From assembly GCA_028716245.1 (NCBI GenBank), contig JAQUQW010000002.1, positions 8,947-72,946 of the forward strand: a stretch of DNA of 64,000 bases, written 5' to 3'. The DNA comes from Candidatus Omnitrophota bacterium (GTDB lineage: Bacteria > Omnitrophota > Gorgyraeia > Gygaellales > Profunditerraquicolaceae). Shown piece after piece: positions 19,264 to 27,744 of this stretch (position 1 is the stretch's first letter; each line of letters begins with the position of its first letter). Below the pieces are notes generated by a model, which was given only the letters and a program-made list of their open reading frames with translations, was not told the DNA's origin and did no database searches. The position numbers and the translations under genes are program-made.

Positions 19264-19335
19264 AGGCGACGAGCGGAATTGAACCGCTGAATAGTTGTTT
19301 TGCAGACAACTGCCTTACCACTTGGCTACGTCGCC
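19264..19335 (-). tRNA. tRNA-Cys (anticodon GCA)
   Basis: Minus-strand read GGCGACGTAGCCAAGTGGTAAGGCAGTTGTCTGCAAAACAACTATTCAGCGGTTCAATTCCGCTCGTCGCCT. Anticodon loop CTGCAAA. Confidence 0.85.
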
Positions 19336-19340
19336 AAAAA

Positions 19341-19886
19341 TTATAATATTTTTTTCACCTGTTTGACAATCTCTTCAGTATCCGCTAAACAGCCTATCCC
19401 CGCCGCCCCGCAGGCAAGCAGGCCGCTAGCCGGGGCAATAAATTTATAGTCGCAGGATTTTAATTTCGCGATATTGCTTTGGGTAACTTTATTTTTGTAC
19501 ATATTCTCATTCATTGCCGGAGCAATTAAAACCTTGGCTTTGCTCGCGCAGACCGTGCAGGTTAAAAGATCGTCGCAGATGCCGCAGGCAAGCTTGGCGA
19601 TGATATTGGCGGTTGCCGGAGCAATCAAAATTAAATCCGCTTTTTCCGCCAAGGATATATGCTCAATCTCCCAGGCATCCTGCTCTTCAAATATCGCCCC
19701 CCGATAAACCCGGTTACCGCTCAAGGCTTGAAAAACAATCGGTTTAATCAATTCTTCCGCTTCTTTAGTCATAACCACATTGACGATAAAACCGCGTTTT
19801 TTGAGCATCCGGACCAGCTCGCAGGCTTTATAAATAGCAATGCTGGCAGTTACGCCTAAAATAATATTCTTTCCCGATTTGGTCAT
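19341..19886 (-). CDS. coaC: phosphopantothenoylcysteine decarboxylase-type flavoprotein (CoaC domain only)
   Basis: 181 aa. Flavoprotein family (LGVTASIAIYKACELVRML ... PAMNENMY). No CoaB ligase domain is fused. Confidence 0.75.
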   Translation of the reverse strand: MTKSGKNIILGVTASIAIYKACELVRMLKKRGFIVNVVMTKEAEELIKPIVFQALSGNRVYRGAIFEEQDAWEIEHISLAEKADLILIAPATANIIAKLACGICDDLLTCTVCASKAKVLIAPAMNENMYKNKVTQSNIAKLKSCDYKFIAPASGLLACGAAGIGCLADTEEIVKQVKKIL

Positions 19887-20095
19887 TATTCTTTTGCTTT
19901 TAGTTTTCTGGCTTCAATCTTGCCCGCCCCAATTTCATGTAAAGCCACGCTGGAGGGCTTGACTGAAGCATCATCGGCAACTAATTTTGGCTGGCCTTCG
20001 GCAATCTCTAAAGCCCTTTTAGAGGCTAAAATTACCAGTTTATAAATTGACCCCATACTCTTGTCTAATAATTGCTCCCTGCCCTGATAATCCAT
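19886..20095 (-). CDS. rpoZ: DNA-directed RNA polymerase subunit omega
   Basis: 69 aa. SIYKLVILASKRALEI matches RpoZ. Canonical gmk-rpoZ neighbourhood. Confidence 0.8.
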   Translation of the reverse strand: MDYQGREQLLDKSMGSIYKLVILASKRALEIAEGQPKLVADDASVKPSSVALHEIGAGKIEARKLKAKE

Positions 20096-20117
20096 CTCTA
20101 CCCCCGAAAGTAAAATG

Positions 20118-20717
20118 TTAAGCGTTGATCTCTTGTAAAAATATATCTTTTATCTCTTTGAGTGCAATTTGCAGATTTTGATTCAGGACGCAGTAGTCAA
20201 AACCAGAAGCTGCCAATAACTCCCTGCGCGCCAGGCGGATGCGCTGGGCTACCTCTTTTTTATTAGTCTTACTGCAGCGGTTTTCGATCCTGGCCTTAAG
20301 CACATTAAGCGAAGGCGGCAAAACAAAAACCGTTACCGTGTTTTTAGGATATATTTTTTTAAGAATCCTGGCGCCCTTAAGATCTAAACATAAACCAAGG
20401 TTTCTGCCGCTTTTAAGCCGGCTCTCCAGCGGCTCCCTGAGCGTTCCGTAATAATAGCCCAAATACCTGGTCCATTCAAGAATTTTTTTTGTTTTTAAGA
20501 GCCGGCGAAACTCTGCTGTGGTAACAAAAAAATAGTCCTTACCCTGCCTTTCTCCTGAACGCTTGGGGCGGGTGGTAACCGAGCACGACTTTGCAAGCAG
20601 CTTGCCTATTTTTTTATCTTGGATTAAGCTGGTCAGAAGGGTGGTTTTGCCGGAGCCTGATGGCCCGCAGATAACAAAAATTTTTCCCGGCTCATTTTGT
20701 CTTTTATCGGCTTTCAC
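20118..20717 (-). CDS. gmk: guanylate kinase
   Basis: 199 aa. P-loop GPSGSGKTTL plus guanylate kinase fold motifs. Confidence 0.9.
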   Translation of the reverse strand: MKADKRQNEPGKIFVICGPSGSGKTTLLTSLIQDKKIGKLLAKSCSVTTRPKRSGERQGKDYFFVTTAEFRRLLKTKKILEWTRYLGYYYGTLREPLESRLKSGRNLGLCLDLKGARILKKIYPKNTVTVFVLPPSLNVLKARIENRCSKTNKKEVAQRIRLARRELLAASGFDYCVLNQNLQIALKEIKDIFLQEINA

Positions 20718-21565
20718 TACTCTATATTCTGTACCTGTTCGCGGATCTTCTCAATCTGGCTTTTCATCTGTACGGCCCGCCCCGAAATAACCAGGTCAAA
20801 TGATTTTGCCGCCAAGGTGTTGGCCTCCCGCTGCATCTCCTGAGTGATAAAATCTAACTCTTTGCCAACCACGCCGCCCTTGATAATCTTTTGCTGAAAA
20901 TTCTTGATGTGAAAATTCAGGCGGTCGATCTCTTCGGCGATATCCGCCCCTTTTAAAAAAGCCAGGCGCTCTTCTTGGAGTGAGATCTTATTAAGCCTGT
21001 TTTTTATCGCCACTGTAAAACGCTGCTTAATAAAAACTAAATCTTTCTTTAACCGCTGGCTTCTGCTTTTTAATAAACAGGCCAGGGCGCTGCCTTCCTT
21101 ATGCCGGGCGCTCAACAATCCTGTAAGTGCTTGCAAAAATATGGGTTTAAGCTGTTCCCAAATATGCCCGCCTGCGGACTTATTTTCTTTTAGCGACAAA
21201 ATCCCCGGCAGCCGGATTAAAGAATCCAGGCTTAGGCTGTCGTTAATCTTGAATTCTTTCTTGATGCTATTCAGCTGGTGCAAATAATTTTTAAGCAGCT
21301 TGCGGTTTACAAATATCCCCTGGGCCAGCTGCTCTCTTATGTTGATGGCGCAATAAATCCTGCCCCGGCTGATTCTACCCTCGATTTCTTTTTTGAGCTT
21401 GTCTTCCAAAGAAATCCATCCGTCGGGTAAATTAAAAACACTTTCCAAAAATTTATGGTTGGTGCATCTTAATTCCACGCTGATCCTGCCGACGGAATTA
21501 ATCTCAATCTCGTGGCTGCCAAAACCGGTCATACTGCTGATCGTTTTTCCCATTTTTAAGCCCAA
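20717..21565 (-). CDS. yicC: YicC-family stress-induced protein (YicC N-domain plus DUF1732)
   Basis: 282 aa. MTGFGSHEI N-terminus is typical of the YicC family. Conserved yicC-gmk-rpoZ arrangement. Confidence 0.75.
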   Translation of the reverse strand: MGLKMGKTISSMTGFGSHEIEINSVGRISVELRCTNHKFLESVFNLPDGWISLEDKLKKEIEGRISRGRIYCAINIREQLAQGIFVNRKLLKNYLHQLNSIKKEFKINDSLSLDSLIRLPGILSLKENKSAGGHIWEQLKPIFLQALTGLLSARHKEGSALACLLKSRSQRLKKDLVFIKQRFTVAIKNRLNKISLQEERLAFLKGADIAEEIDRLNFHIKNFQQKIIKGGVVGKELDFITQEMQREANTLAAKSFDLVISGRAVQMKSQIEKIREQVQNIE

Positions 21566-22059
21566 ACCCTGTGCTTAAATTCTTTCTGCACTATATTTTT
21601 TGTGGTATAAAGATCGACGATAATCTCGTCGGGCCTAAACCAGAGCTTGATTTCTCTTTCGGCTTCGGAATCATTGGATGAAACATGGATTACGTTTTCA
21701 TAAACTCCGCTGGTGGTAATCCTGCCGTAAGAACCGCGGATGGAAGTTGACTCCGCTTCTTCGGGGTTGGTCGAGCCGGCTAAATCCCGGCATTTCTTTA
21801 TCGCATCATTACCCCAATAAACCAAGGCCATAACTTTCTTGCGGTCATGCAGCTCTCCCTGTAAATATTTAATAATCTCGCCAAAGAAAGGCTTATCTTT
21901 TAAGTGCTGGTAATGATCCTCGGCCAGCGCTTTTGATACGCGCACCATTTTTGCGGCCACAATTTCAAGTTTAGTTTCGGATAACCGCGTAAGAATATTA
22001 CCGGTCAAAGATTTCTTCAGCCCGTCGGGTTTAATTAAAATTAAGACTGCCTGGCCCAT
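21556..22059 (-). CDS. ndk: nucleoside diphosphate kinase-like protein
   Basis: 167 aa. LILIKPDG N-terminus and NxxHxS active-site His region (NVIHVSSN). Longer than canonical Ndk. Confidence 0.7.
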   Translation of the reverse strand: MGQAVLILIKPDGLKKSLTGNILTRLSETKLEIVAAKMVRVSKALAEDHYQHLKDKPFFGEIIKYLQGELHDRKKVMALVYWGNDAIKKCRDLAGSTNPEEAESTSIRGSYGRITTSGVYENVIHVSSNDSEAEREIKLWFRPDEIIVDLYTTKNIVQKEFKHRVWA

Positions 22060-22074
22060 TATCTATTTTCCTCC

Positions 22075-22090
22075 TTGTCTACGAAGACAA
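22075..22090. promoter_or_regulatory. perfect 6-4-6 palindrome TTGTCT-ACGA-AGACAA just upstream of the ndk RBS (candidate operator)
   Basis: Seen directly. Lies between the parB stop and the AGGAGG RBS of ndk. Confidence 0.3.
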
Positions 22091-22120
22091 CACCCGCGCA
22101 ATATCGCTAAGCGCGGGGTG
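22091..22120. repeat. GC-rich palindromic element (REP-like), copy A
   Basis: CACCCGCGCAATATCGCTAAGCGCGGGGTG. 9-bp stem CACCCGCGC/GCGCGGGTG. Related copy B lies between parA and parB. Confidence 0.5.
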
Positions 22121-22970
22121 CCCCTTTAATTACATTGACTATGCGTTGTAAATCTTCCTGTGAATAAAATTCGATATTAATGTGCCCGCGTTTTTTTCGC
22201 TTACTGATTCTGACTTTAGTGGCCAAGGCATGCTGCAGTTGCTCTTCCAGGACCGCCACTATCGGTTCACGCTGGCCTAGTCCAATATTTCTTTTTATTG
22301 ATTTGGGCCGCTTACTTTTAATCAAGTTCTCCAACTCTCGTACTGAAAGCCCCTTAGAAATAATATCCTGGGTGAGCCTGCGCTGATCGTTAGCATCTTC
22401 AATCTCAAGCAGGGCGCGGCCATGGGCAAAACTAATCCGGCCTTTTTTCATCTCCTCCTGAATTTCATGCGGGAGTTTGAGTAAACGCAGGGTATTGGTA
22501 ATCGAAACCCTGGCCTTCCCTAAAACCTCACTGATTTTCTCCTGGCTAACCTGAAATTTATCAATCAGGTGTTGATAGGCATGCGCTTCTTCAATGGGAT
22601 TCAATCCTTCTCTTTGGATATTTTCAATTAAAGCCAATTCCAGAGAGTCCTGATCATTTACATCACGGACAATAATTGGTATATCTTTGAGCCCCAATGA
22701 GTTAGCTGCACGTAACCTTCTTTCTCCGGCAATTAATTCATAATTGTCGCCTTTGCACCTGACTAAAAGCGGCTGGATAACACCTTTCTCTTTGATTGAC
22801 TGAGCCAGCTCTTCAATACTCTGTGGATCAAAGTCTTCGCGCGGTTGAAATGGATTTGGTTTTATTTGTCCAGACTGGACATAAATAACTTCTTCTTTAT
22901 GCACTGTGTTATCAACTACTTTCTCGGGAATTAACGCTGCCAAGCCTTTTCCTAAAGCTCTTCTCTCCAT
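22107..22970 (-). CDS. parB: chromosome partitioning protein ParB
   Basis: 287 aa. ParB box GERRLRAA, HTH, C-terminal dimerisation region. Confidence 0.85.
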   Translation of the reverse strand: MERRALGKGLAALIPEKVVDNTVHKEEVIYVQSGQIKPNPFQPREDFDPQSIEELAQSIKEKGVIQPLLVRCKGDNYELIAGERRLRAANSLGLKDIPIIVRDVNDQDSLELALIENIQREGLNPIEEAHAYQHLIDKFQVSQEKISEVLGKARVSITNTLRLLKLPHEIQEEMKKGRISFAHGRALLEIEDANDQRRLTQDIISKGLSVRELENLIKSKRPKSIKRNIGLGQREPIVAVLEEQLQHALATKVRISKRKKRGHINIEFYSQEDLQRIVNVIKGAPRA

Positions 22971-22997
22971 AAACCGCTCCTTTTGCCCACAAGGGCA

Positions 22998-23076
22998 TAC
23001 CCGCGCAATTTGCGCTACCTAGCGCACACCGACGCAATACTTATTAGCGTCGGGTGCCAATGCTAAGTGCGGGGTG
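22998..23076. repeat. GC-rich palindromic element (REP-like), copy B, compound/nested
   Basis: ACCCGCGCAATTTGCGCTA...CACCGACGCAATACTTATTAGCGTCGGGTG...CTAAGTGCGGGGTG. Shares ACCCGCGCAAT and CTAAG(C/T)GCGGGGTG with copy A. Fills the unusual 92-bp parA-parB spacer and overlaps the parA stop. Confidence 0.45.
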
Positions 23077-23854
23077 TTGGAATTTGTGAATTTACCGGTA
23101 AACCTAAAATTTCTTTACTCAGCTCTTCGTACTTCTGAGCCCCCAGAGAATCCTTATCATACAAAGCAATGGGCTTACCAAAACTTGGTGCCTCAGTTAG
23201 GCGGATGTTTCTAGGGATTACTGTATTATAAACTTTATCTTTAAAATGATTGCGTGCCTCTTGAATAACTTCTTTGGTAAGGTTGGTGCGAAAATCTGCC
23301 ATGGTTAAAAGCACTCCTTCGACACTTAGAGCAGGATTAAGATTTTCTTTCACAAGCCTAATAGTGTTATGTAGTTGCGTTAATCCTTCTAAAGCATAAT
23401 ATTCACATTGGACCGGAATGATTACGGAGTCAGCAGCGCATAATCCATTAATTGTTAGCAACCCTAAAGAAGGCGGGGAATCGATAATCATAAAATCATA
23501 ATTATTTTTTTCAATTTGCAGGGCCCTCTTTAATCTATATTCCCGACCCAATGCCCCGACTAGTTCTACTTCTGCGCCGGTTAAATCTAAATTCGAAGGG
23601 GCCAATACTAGATTATCAATTGCGGTTTTTTGTAAAATATCGGCGAGTCTTGCTTCTTCGAGTAAAATATGGTAGGTACTTTTTTTAATGTCATGCTTGT
23701 TTATGCCAATACCGCTGGTAGCATTGGCCTGAGGATCCAAATCAATGAGCATAACCTTCTTGCCGGCCATCGCCAGATAGGCTGTGAGGTTAATTGAAGT
23801 AGTGGTTTTTCCTACCCCGCCTTTTTGATTGCAGATTGCGATTATTTTACCCAT
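23063..23854 (-). CDS. parA: chromosome partitioning ATPase ParA/Soj
   Basis: 263 aa. Deviant Walker A KGGVGKTT. Confidence 0.9.
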   Translation of the reverse strand: MGKIIAICNQKGGVGKTTTSINLTAYLAMAGKKVMLIDLDPQANATSGIGINKHDIKKSTYHILLEEARLADILQKTAIDNLVLAPSNLDLTGAEVELVGALGREYRLKRALQIEKNNYDFMIIDSPPSLGLLTINGLCAADSVIIPVQCEYYALEGLTQLHNTIRLVKENLNPALSVEGVLLTMADFRTNLTKEVIQEARNHFKDKVYNTVIPRNIRLTEAPSFGKPIALYDKDSLGAQKYEELSKEILGLPVNSQIPTPRT

Positions 23855-23935
23855 TGATATTATTATAGTTACGTTTAGTTCCCCGAGGAACCCCGTCTTT
23901 TAACTAAATAAATTATCTCAGAACTAAAATAGTTG

Positions 23936-24136
23936 TCAAGTGTTTTCTTGGCCCGGAATCACGCTTACGCGTACCTTCGCCGGCTTAGCTCCGGCCATGC
24001 CAAAAAGGCCTTTTTTCTCCTCGGACAAGCTCTCAATCTTAACCTGGCTGCGTGGTAGTTTTAATTCTTTCAGGGCTTTTTCAATCGCCTCTTCCACGGT
24101 TTTGCCTTCAGATTCTACATATTTCACTTTTTTCAT
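23936..24136 (-). CDS. Jag/KhpB N-terminal-domain-only protein (KH and R3H domains absent)
   Basis: MKKVKYVESEGKTVEEAIEKALKELKLPRSQVKIESLSEEKKGLFGMAGAKPAKVRV matches the Jag_N domain. The ORF ends after about 66 aa. Start chosen at the ATGA overlap with the yidC stop. Confidence 0.5.
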   Translation of the reverse strand: MKKVKYVESEGKTVEEAIEKALKELKLPRSQVKIESLSEEKKGLFGMAGAKPAKVRVSVIPGQENT

Positions 24137-25662
24137 TTTTGAATATTGATACGAAATTGGTAGCCCAGCATCAATATACTGTTTACAAACCAATAAAGCA
24201 CTAACCCTGATGGCATTTGATAGAAAATCACACCAAACATGATTGGCATAATAATGGACATCATCTTCTGCTGCTGAGCAGCTTCTCCAGATACTTTCCC
24301 CATAGATATCTTCTGCTGTACAAACATACCGATAGCCATTAGAATTGGCAGGATATTCAATTGATTACCCAAGAAAGGTATTGAATTTTTAAAGACAAAA
24401 AGCTTATCCGGTGAAGATAAATCCTTAATCCACCAGAAATGCGCTCCTCTTAAAGCTACTGAACGGATCAATGCTTGATAAAGGGCAAAGAATATGGGCA
24501 TTTGCAATAAAAGCGGCAGACAACCACTTAGAGGGTTAACCTTGTGCTCTTTATAAAGTTGCATTATTTCTTTATTTAATCTTTGTGGGTTATCTTTAAA
24601 CTCTTTACGCAAAGCTTCAATTTTAGGTTGTAAAACCTGCATCTCTTTCATCGAACGCATTTGCTTAATGGACAAAGGGAATAACAGAAGATAAACCGCA
24701 ATACTTAAAATAATTATGGCCCAACCCCAATTGTGCACCAAGCCATAGAAGAATCCAAGTAACTGCAATAGCAGTTGGGCAATAAAATCAAAGGTGCCAA
24801 AATAAATAATCGCTGTCCATTCTGGATTAATACTGTTTAATATGTTCAAATCTTGAGGGCCCAAATAAATACGATACGAATGTCCAATCTGAGCTCCAGG
24901 CTTTAAAGTTATCTCATTTATAAATAATCCAATTTCGGATTCCTGAGGATTGATTTTCTTAATATAAGCACTGGCTACCGCATCAACAGGTTCAACAATG
25001 GCGCAAAAATACTGATCGCGCAATCCCATAAATTGTACATTCTGGCTGCTGGAATCTTTTCCAGCCGAAAGATGGACAGTCTTTTCCTTTCCTCCGAGAA
25101 CGACATCTTGATAGCGCGCCTGAGGATTTTTGGCGGATAAATCCAAGCGACCTAAAACTAATTGTGAATTTAACACCAAAGGAAAAGGGGATAAATTTTG
25201 AATCTTAATTACTAACTCTATGGTATAACTATTGTTAGGAATAATAAATTTCTTAATAACCCGCTTGTCTTGATCTTCATGGATAAAAGTAATGCTGTCT
25301 TTGGTTATGCTTTGTTGTCTAAAAATAAGGTTGCTATCGCTAAGAAAACCGACCTTAAGCGGCAGCCGGTGCTCGAGATTATTCTTAAAAATTACCTCTA
25401 AAATAGCGGCTCTCTCCGGATTAAAAATGATTTCGCGTCTATCTTGAGTGAATTTTACGGTTTCTTTTATCGACTCCGTAAAGGGGAGGGTGGCAACTGC
25501 AGGCTGAAGAGTAGAAGAATGACCTTGCGGCAATGCTTGTAACTGCGCGCTAGATGCGGTAACTCCTTTATTATCAACTGGTTGCGGTTTGGGCATTAAA
25601 GCTGACCAACTCAATAAAACTAAAAGCGACAAAGCAATAGCTAAAACTAAACGTTTTTCCAT
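24133..25662 (-). CDS. yidC: membrane protein insertase YidC (long, diderm-type with periplasmic domain)
   Basis: 509 aa. N-terminal TM, large periplasmic domain, conserved C-terminal 5-TM core (PLSGCLPLLLQMPIFFALY). Confidence 0.9.
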   Translation of the reverse strand: MEKRLVLAIALSLLVLLSWSALMPKPQPVDNKGVTASSAQLQALPQGHSSTLQPAVATLPFTESIKETVKFTQDRREIIFNPERAAILEVIFKNNLEHRLPLKVGFLSDSNLIFRQQSITKDSITFIHEDQDKRVIKKFIIPNNSYTIELVIKIQNLSPFPLVLNSQLVLGRLDLSAKNPQARYQDVVLGGKEKTVHLSAGKDSSSQNVQFMGLRDQYFCAIVEPVDAVASAYIKKINPQESEIGLFINEITLKPGAQIGHSYRIYLGPQDLNILNSINPEWTAIIYFGTFDFIAQLLLQLLGFFYGLVHNWGWAIIILSIAVYLLLFPLSIKQMRSMKEMQVLQPKIEALRKEFKDNPQRLNKEIMQLYKEHKVNPLSGCLPLLLQMPIFFALYQALIRSVALRGAHFWWIKDLSSPDKLFVFKNSIPFLGNQLNILPILMAIGMFVQQKISMGKVSGEAAQQQKMMSIIMPIMFGVIFYQMPSGLVLYWFVNSILMLGYQFRINIQK

Positions 25663-25667
25663 AAATT

Positions 25668-25868
25668 TTATATTAAGGGATCATAACCTGACCGCCCAGA
25701 AAAAGGATGGCAGTGCAATATTCTGATTAGCCCCTTTAATACTCCTTTAATTAATCCGTATTTTAAAATTGCCTGCTTTGTATATTCAGAACAGCTGGGT
25801 TCAAAACGGCAACAGACCGGAATAGCCGGCCTTAAATATTTCTGGTATAGCGCTATTAACGCAAGCAT
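25668..25868 (-). CDS. yidD: membrane protein insertion efficiency factor YidD
   Basis: CRFEPSCSEY motif. The ORF-track start (25892) would overlap rpmH. The internal Met at 25868 is the likelier start. Confidence 0.8.
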   Translation of the reverse strand: MLALIALYQKYLRPAIPVCCRFEPSCSEYTKQAILKYGLIKGVLKGLIRILHCHPFSGRSGYDPLI

Positions 25869-25882
25869 CGGGCGGTTTAGCT

Positions 25883-26020
25883 TCAGACGCAAAGGCGTTG
25901 TCTGCCCTTGCTCCGTCGACGAGCCAAAAGCTTGCGTCCGGATTTAGAGGCCATTTTACTGCGGAACCCGTGGCGTTTTTTACCGACAATATTTGTGGGT
26001 GTCTTTAAATTCTTTTTCAT
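25883..26020 (-). CDS. rpmH: 50S ribosomal protein L34
   Basis: Not in the ORF track (45 aa). Hand translation: [45 protein letters not shown], stop TGA. Confidence 0.9.
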   Translation of the reverse strand: MKKNLKTPTNIVGKKRHGFRSKMASKSGRKLLARRRSKGRQRLCV

Positions 26021-26092
26021 TTGGAATCTCCCTTTTTATGAAATTGATTTTGTGAATTGTAACACACATTTATTCGCAGGTCAAGTTTTTTA

Positions 26093-26120
26093 TTGACGCT
26101 TCAACATATTACTGTATAAT
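26093..26120 (+). promoter_or_regulatory. candidate sigma70-type dnaA promoter (TTGACG-16-TATAAT)
   Basis: TTGACG at 26093-26098 and TATAAT at 26115-26120. A second extended -10 (TGTTATAAT, 26162-26170) with TTGCAA 17 nt upstream lies closer to dnaA. Confidence 0.45.
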
Positions 26121-26202
26121 AACTCACGTTTATCTTTTTTGCTTGCAAGGATTTTGCGCTCTGTTATAATAGCGGTGTTTAAAGAAAATTTGGTCGCCTG
26201 TT

Positions 26203-26233
26203 TTATCCACAGATTTATGCAAGTTGTGCATAA
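26203..26233. promoter_or_regulatory. DnaA boxes: perfect TTATCCACA (26203-26211) and inverted one-mismatch TGTGCATAA (26225-26233)
   Basis: Seen directly. Matches the canonical DnaA box TTATCCACA, about 55 bp upstream of the dnaA start codon. Plausibly autoregulatory and/or oriC-associated. Confidence 0.6.
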
Positions 26234-26265
26234 ACTGTTAACTCTGTAGATTCCGTCAGAAAATC

Positions 26266-27603
26266 ATGCTCGAGCTTACTAAAAACTGGGAAGAAACGCA
26301 AGAAACTTTAAAGGCTAAGTTAGGGGAAACGATCTTTGCTACCTGGATAGCGCCGTTGAAATTTTCGGTCCAAGATAGCCAAAGTATCAATCTTGAGGCG
26401 CCGGATCAATTTTTTAAAGATTGGGTGGAGAAACACTACTTCGACCTTATCCGGGAAACCTTGAAACATAAAGGCCTGGATAATCTGTTAGTAAGGCTGG
26501 TTGTCAGCAGCAGGCAGGAGGATTTAAGCGTCATTAATGCTTCTGTCGAAACCAATATTAAAAGCGCTCCTGCCACAGGCTTTATTAATCTTAATTCGCG
26601 TTATACATTTGAAAACTTTGTGGTGGGGCCGTCAAACCGGCATGCGCACGCTTATTCACTAGCGGTGGCCAATTCGCCGGCTAAAACATATAATCCGTTA
26701 TTCATTTATGGAGGGGTGGGGCTGGGCAAAACCCACCTGATCCAGGCGATCTGCCATCAAATAAAAAATAATAATCCCTCGGGAGTAAAAATATGCTACG
26801 TCTCAAGCGAAAAATTTACCAACGAACTAATTGACGCCATCGTCCACCGTTCCACCACGGCCTTCCGCCAAAAATACCGAAATCTGGATGTTTTGGTTAT
26901 CGACGATATCCACTTTATCGCCGGAAAAGAATCCACTCAGGAAGAGTTTTTCCACACCTTTAACACTTTATACGATGCGCATAAACAGATTGTGTTTTCT
27001 TCAGACCGCCCCCCCAAAGAAATTACCAATTTACAGGAAAGGCTGGTTTCACGGTTTGGCTGGGGGCTGGCTACGGATATTCAGCCTCCGGATTTAGAAA
27101 CCCGGGTGGCGATCCTCAAGAAAAAAATTGAACGGGAACCGGTTAATGTCCCTGATGAAGTAATTTTTTTTATCGCCCAACTAATTAAAACTAATATTCG
27201 TGAATTGGAGGGGGCTTTGATTAGAACCATCGCCTATTCTTTGCTAGAGGAGGCCCCGGTTACCCTGCAACTAACTAAAGAGGTGTTAAAGGACCTGCTC
27301 AAAGAACCGACAAAGCTAATCACAGTAGATTTTATCCAGCGTTGCGTAGTTGAAGAGTTCGGGATTTCCCTGCAGGATCTTAAAACCAAACGGCGCAATA
27401 AACAAGTTGTGTTCCCAAGGCAAATTGCCATGTATCTAAGCAGGGAGTTAACTGACTTGTCTCTGCCGGAAATTGGGGAGCTTTTTGGCGGCAAAGATCA
27501 TACAACAGTTTTGCACTCTTACAATAAGATTAAAGAAGATATTCACCGTAACCCGGAATTAAAAGAACGGGTTGAAAAAGTTGTTCAAGTTATAAAACAG
27601 TAA
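26266..27603 (+). CDS. dnaA: chromosomal replication initiator protein DnaA
   Basis: 445 aa. AAA+ Walker A GGVGLGKTHL, sensor motifs, C-terminal DnaA-box-binding domain (VVFPRQIAMYL...HTTV). Confidence 0.95.
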   Translation: MLELTKNWEETQETLKAKLGETIFATWIAPLKFSVQDSQSINLEAPDQFFKDWVEKHYFDLIRETLKHKGLDNLLVRLVVSSRQEDLSVINASVETNIKSAPATGFINLNSRYTFENFVVGPSNRHAHAYSLAVANSPAKTYNPLFIYGGVGLGKTHLIQAICHQIKNNNPSGVKICYVSSEKFTNELIDAIVHRSTTAFRQKYRNLDVLVIDDIHFIAGKESTQEEFFHTFNTLYDAHKQIVFSSDRPPKEITNLQERLVSRFGWGLATDIQPPDLETRVAILKKKIEREPVNVPDEVIFFIAQLIKTNIRELEGALIRTIAYSLLEEAPVTLQLTKEVLKDLLKEPTKLITVDFIQRCVVEEFGISLQDLKTKRRNKQVVFPRQIAMYLSRELTDLSLPEIGELFGGKDHTTVLHSYNKIKEDIHRNPELKERVEKVVQVIKQ

Positions 27604-27627
27604 TTCCCAGGTTATTAGAATGGACTA

Positions 27628-27653
27628 TTTGTCATAATTACTCTTATGACAAA
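27628..27653. promoter_or_regulatory. perfect 10-bp inverted repeat TTTGTCATAA-ttactc-TTATGACAAA in the dnaA-dnaN spacer, followed by an AT-rich stretch (possible oriC DUE module)
   Basis: Seen directly. Downstream 27690-27740 is about 85% AT (TTAAGTTATTAAATATATATAAATAG). Confidence 0.35.
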
Positions 27654-27744
27654 GGATTGGGCTCTTGTTAACAAATATGAGGTTGTATTACGGTTACTAT
27701 GATTTTAAGTTATTAAATATATATAAATAGAAGGGGAATCTAAG

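Noticed and set aside
19075-19290. 71-aa plus-strand ORF
   Set aside because: Overlaps three minus-strand tRNA genes (Val, Leu, Cys) that explain the sequence completely.
22060-23076. Search for canonical parS (TGTTNCACGTGAAACA) around parAB
   Set aside because: No match within the parAB locus. The palindromic elements present have a different, GC-rich consensus.
25801-25989. 62-aa minus-strand ORF listed in the track
   Set aside because: Out-of-frame overlap with both yidD and the hand-identified rpmH (L34). L34 is the real gene here.
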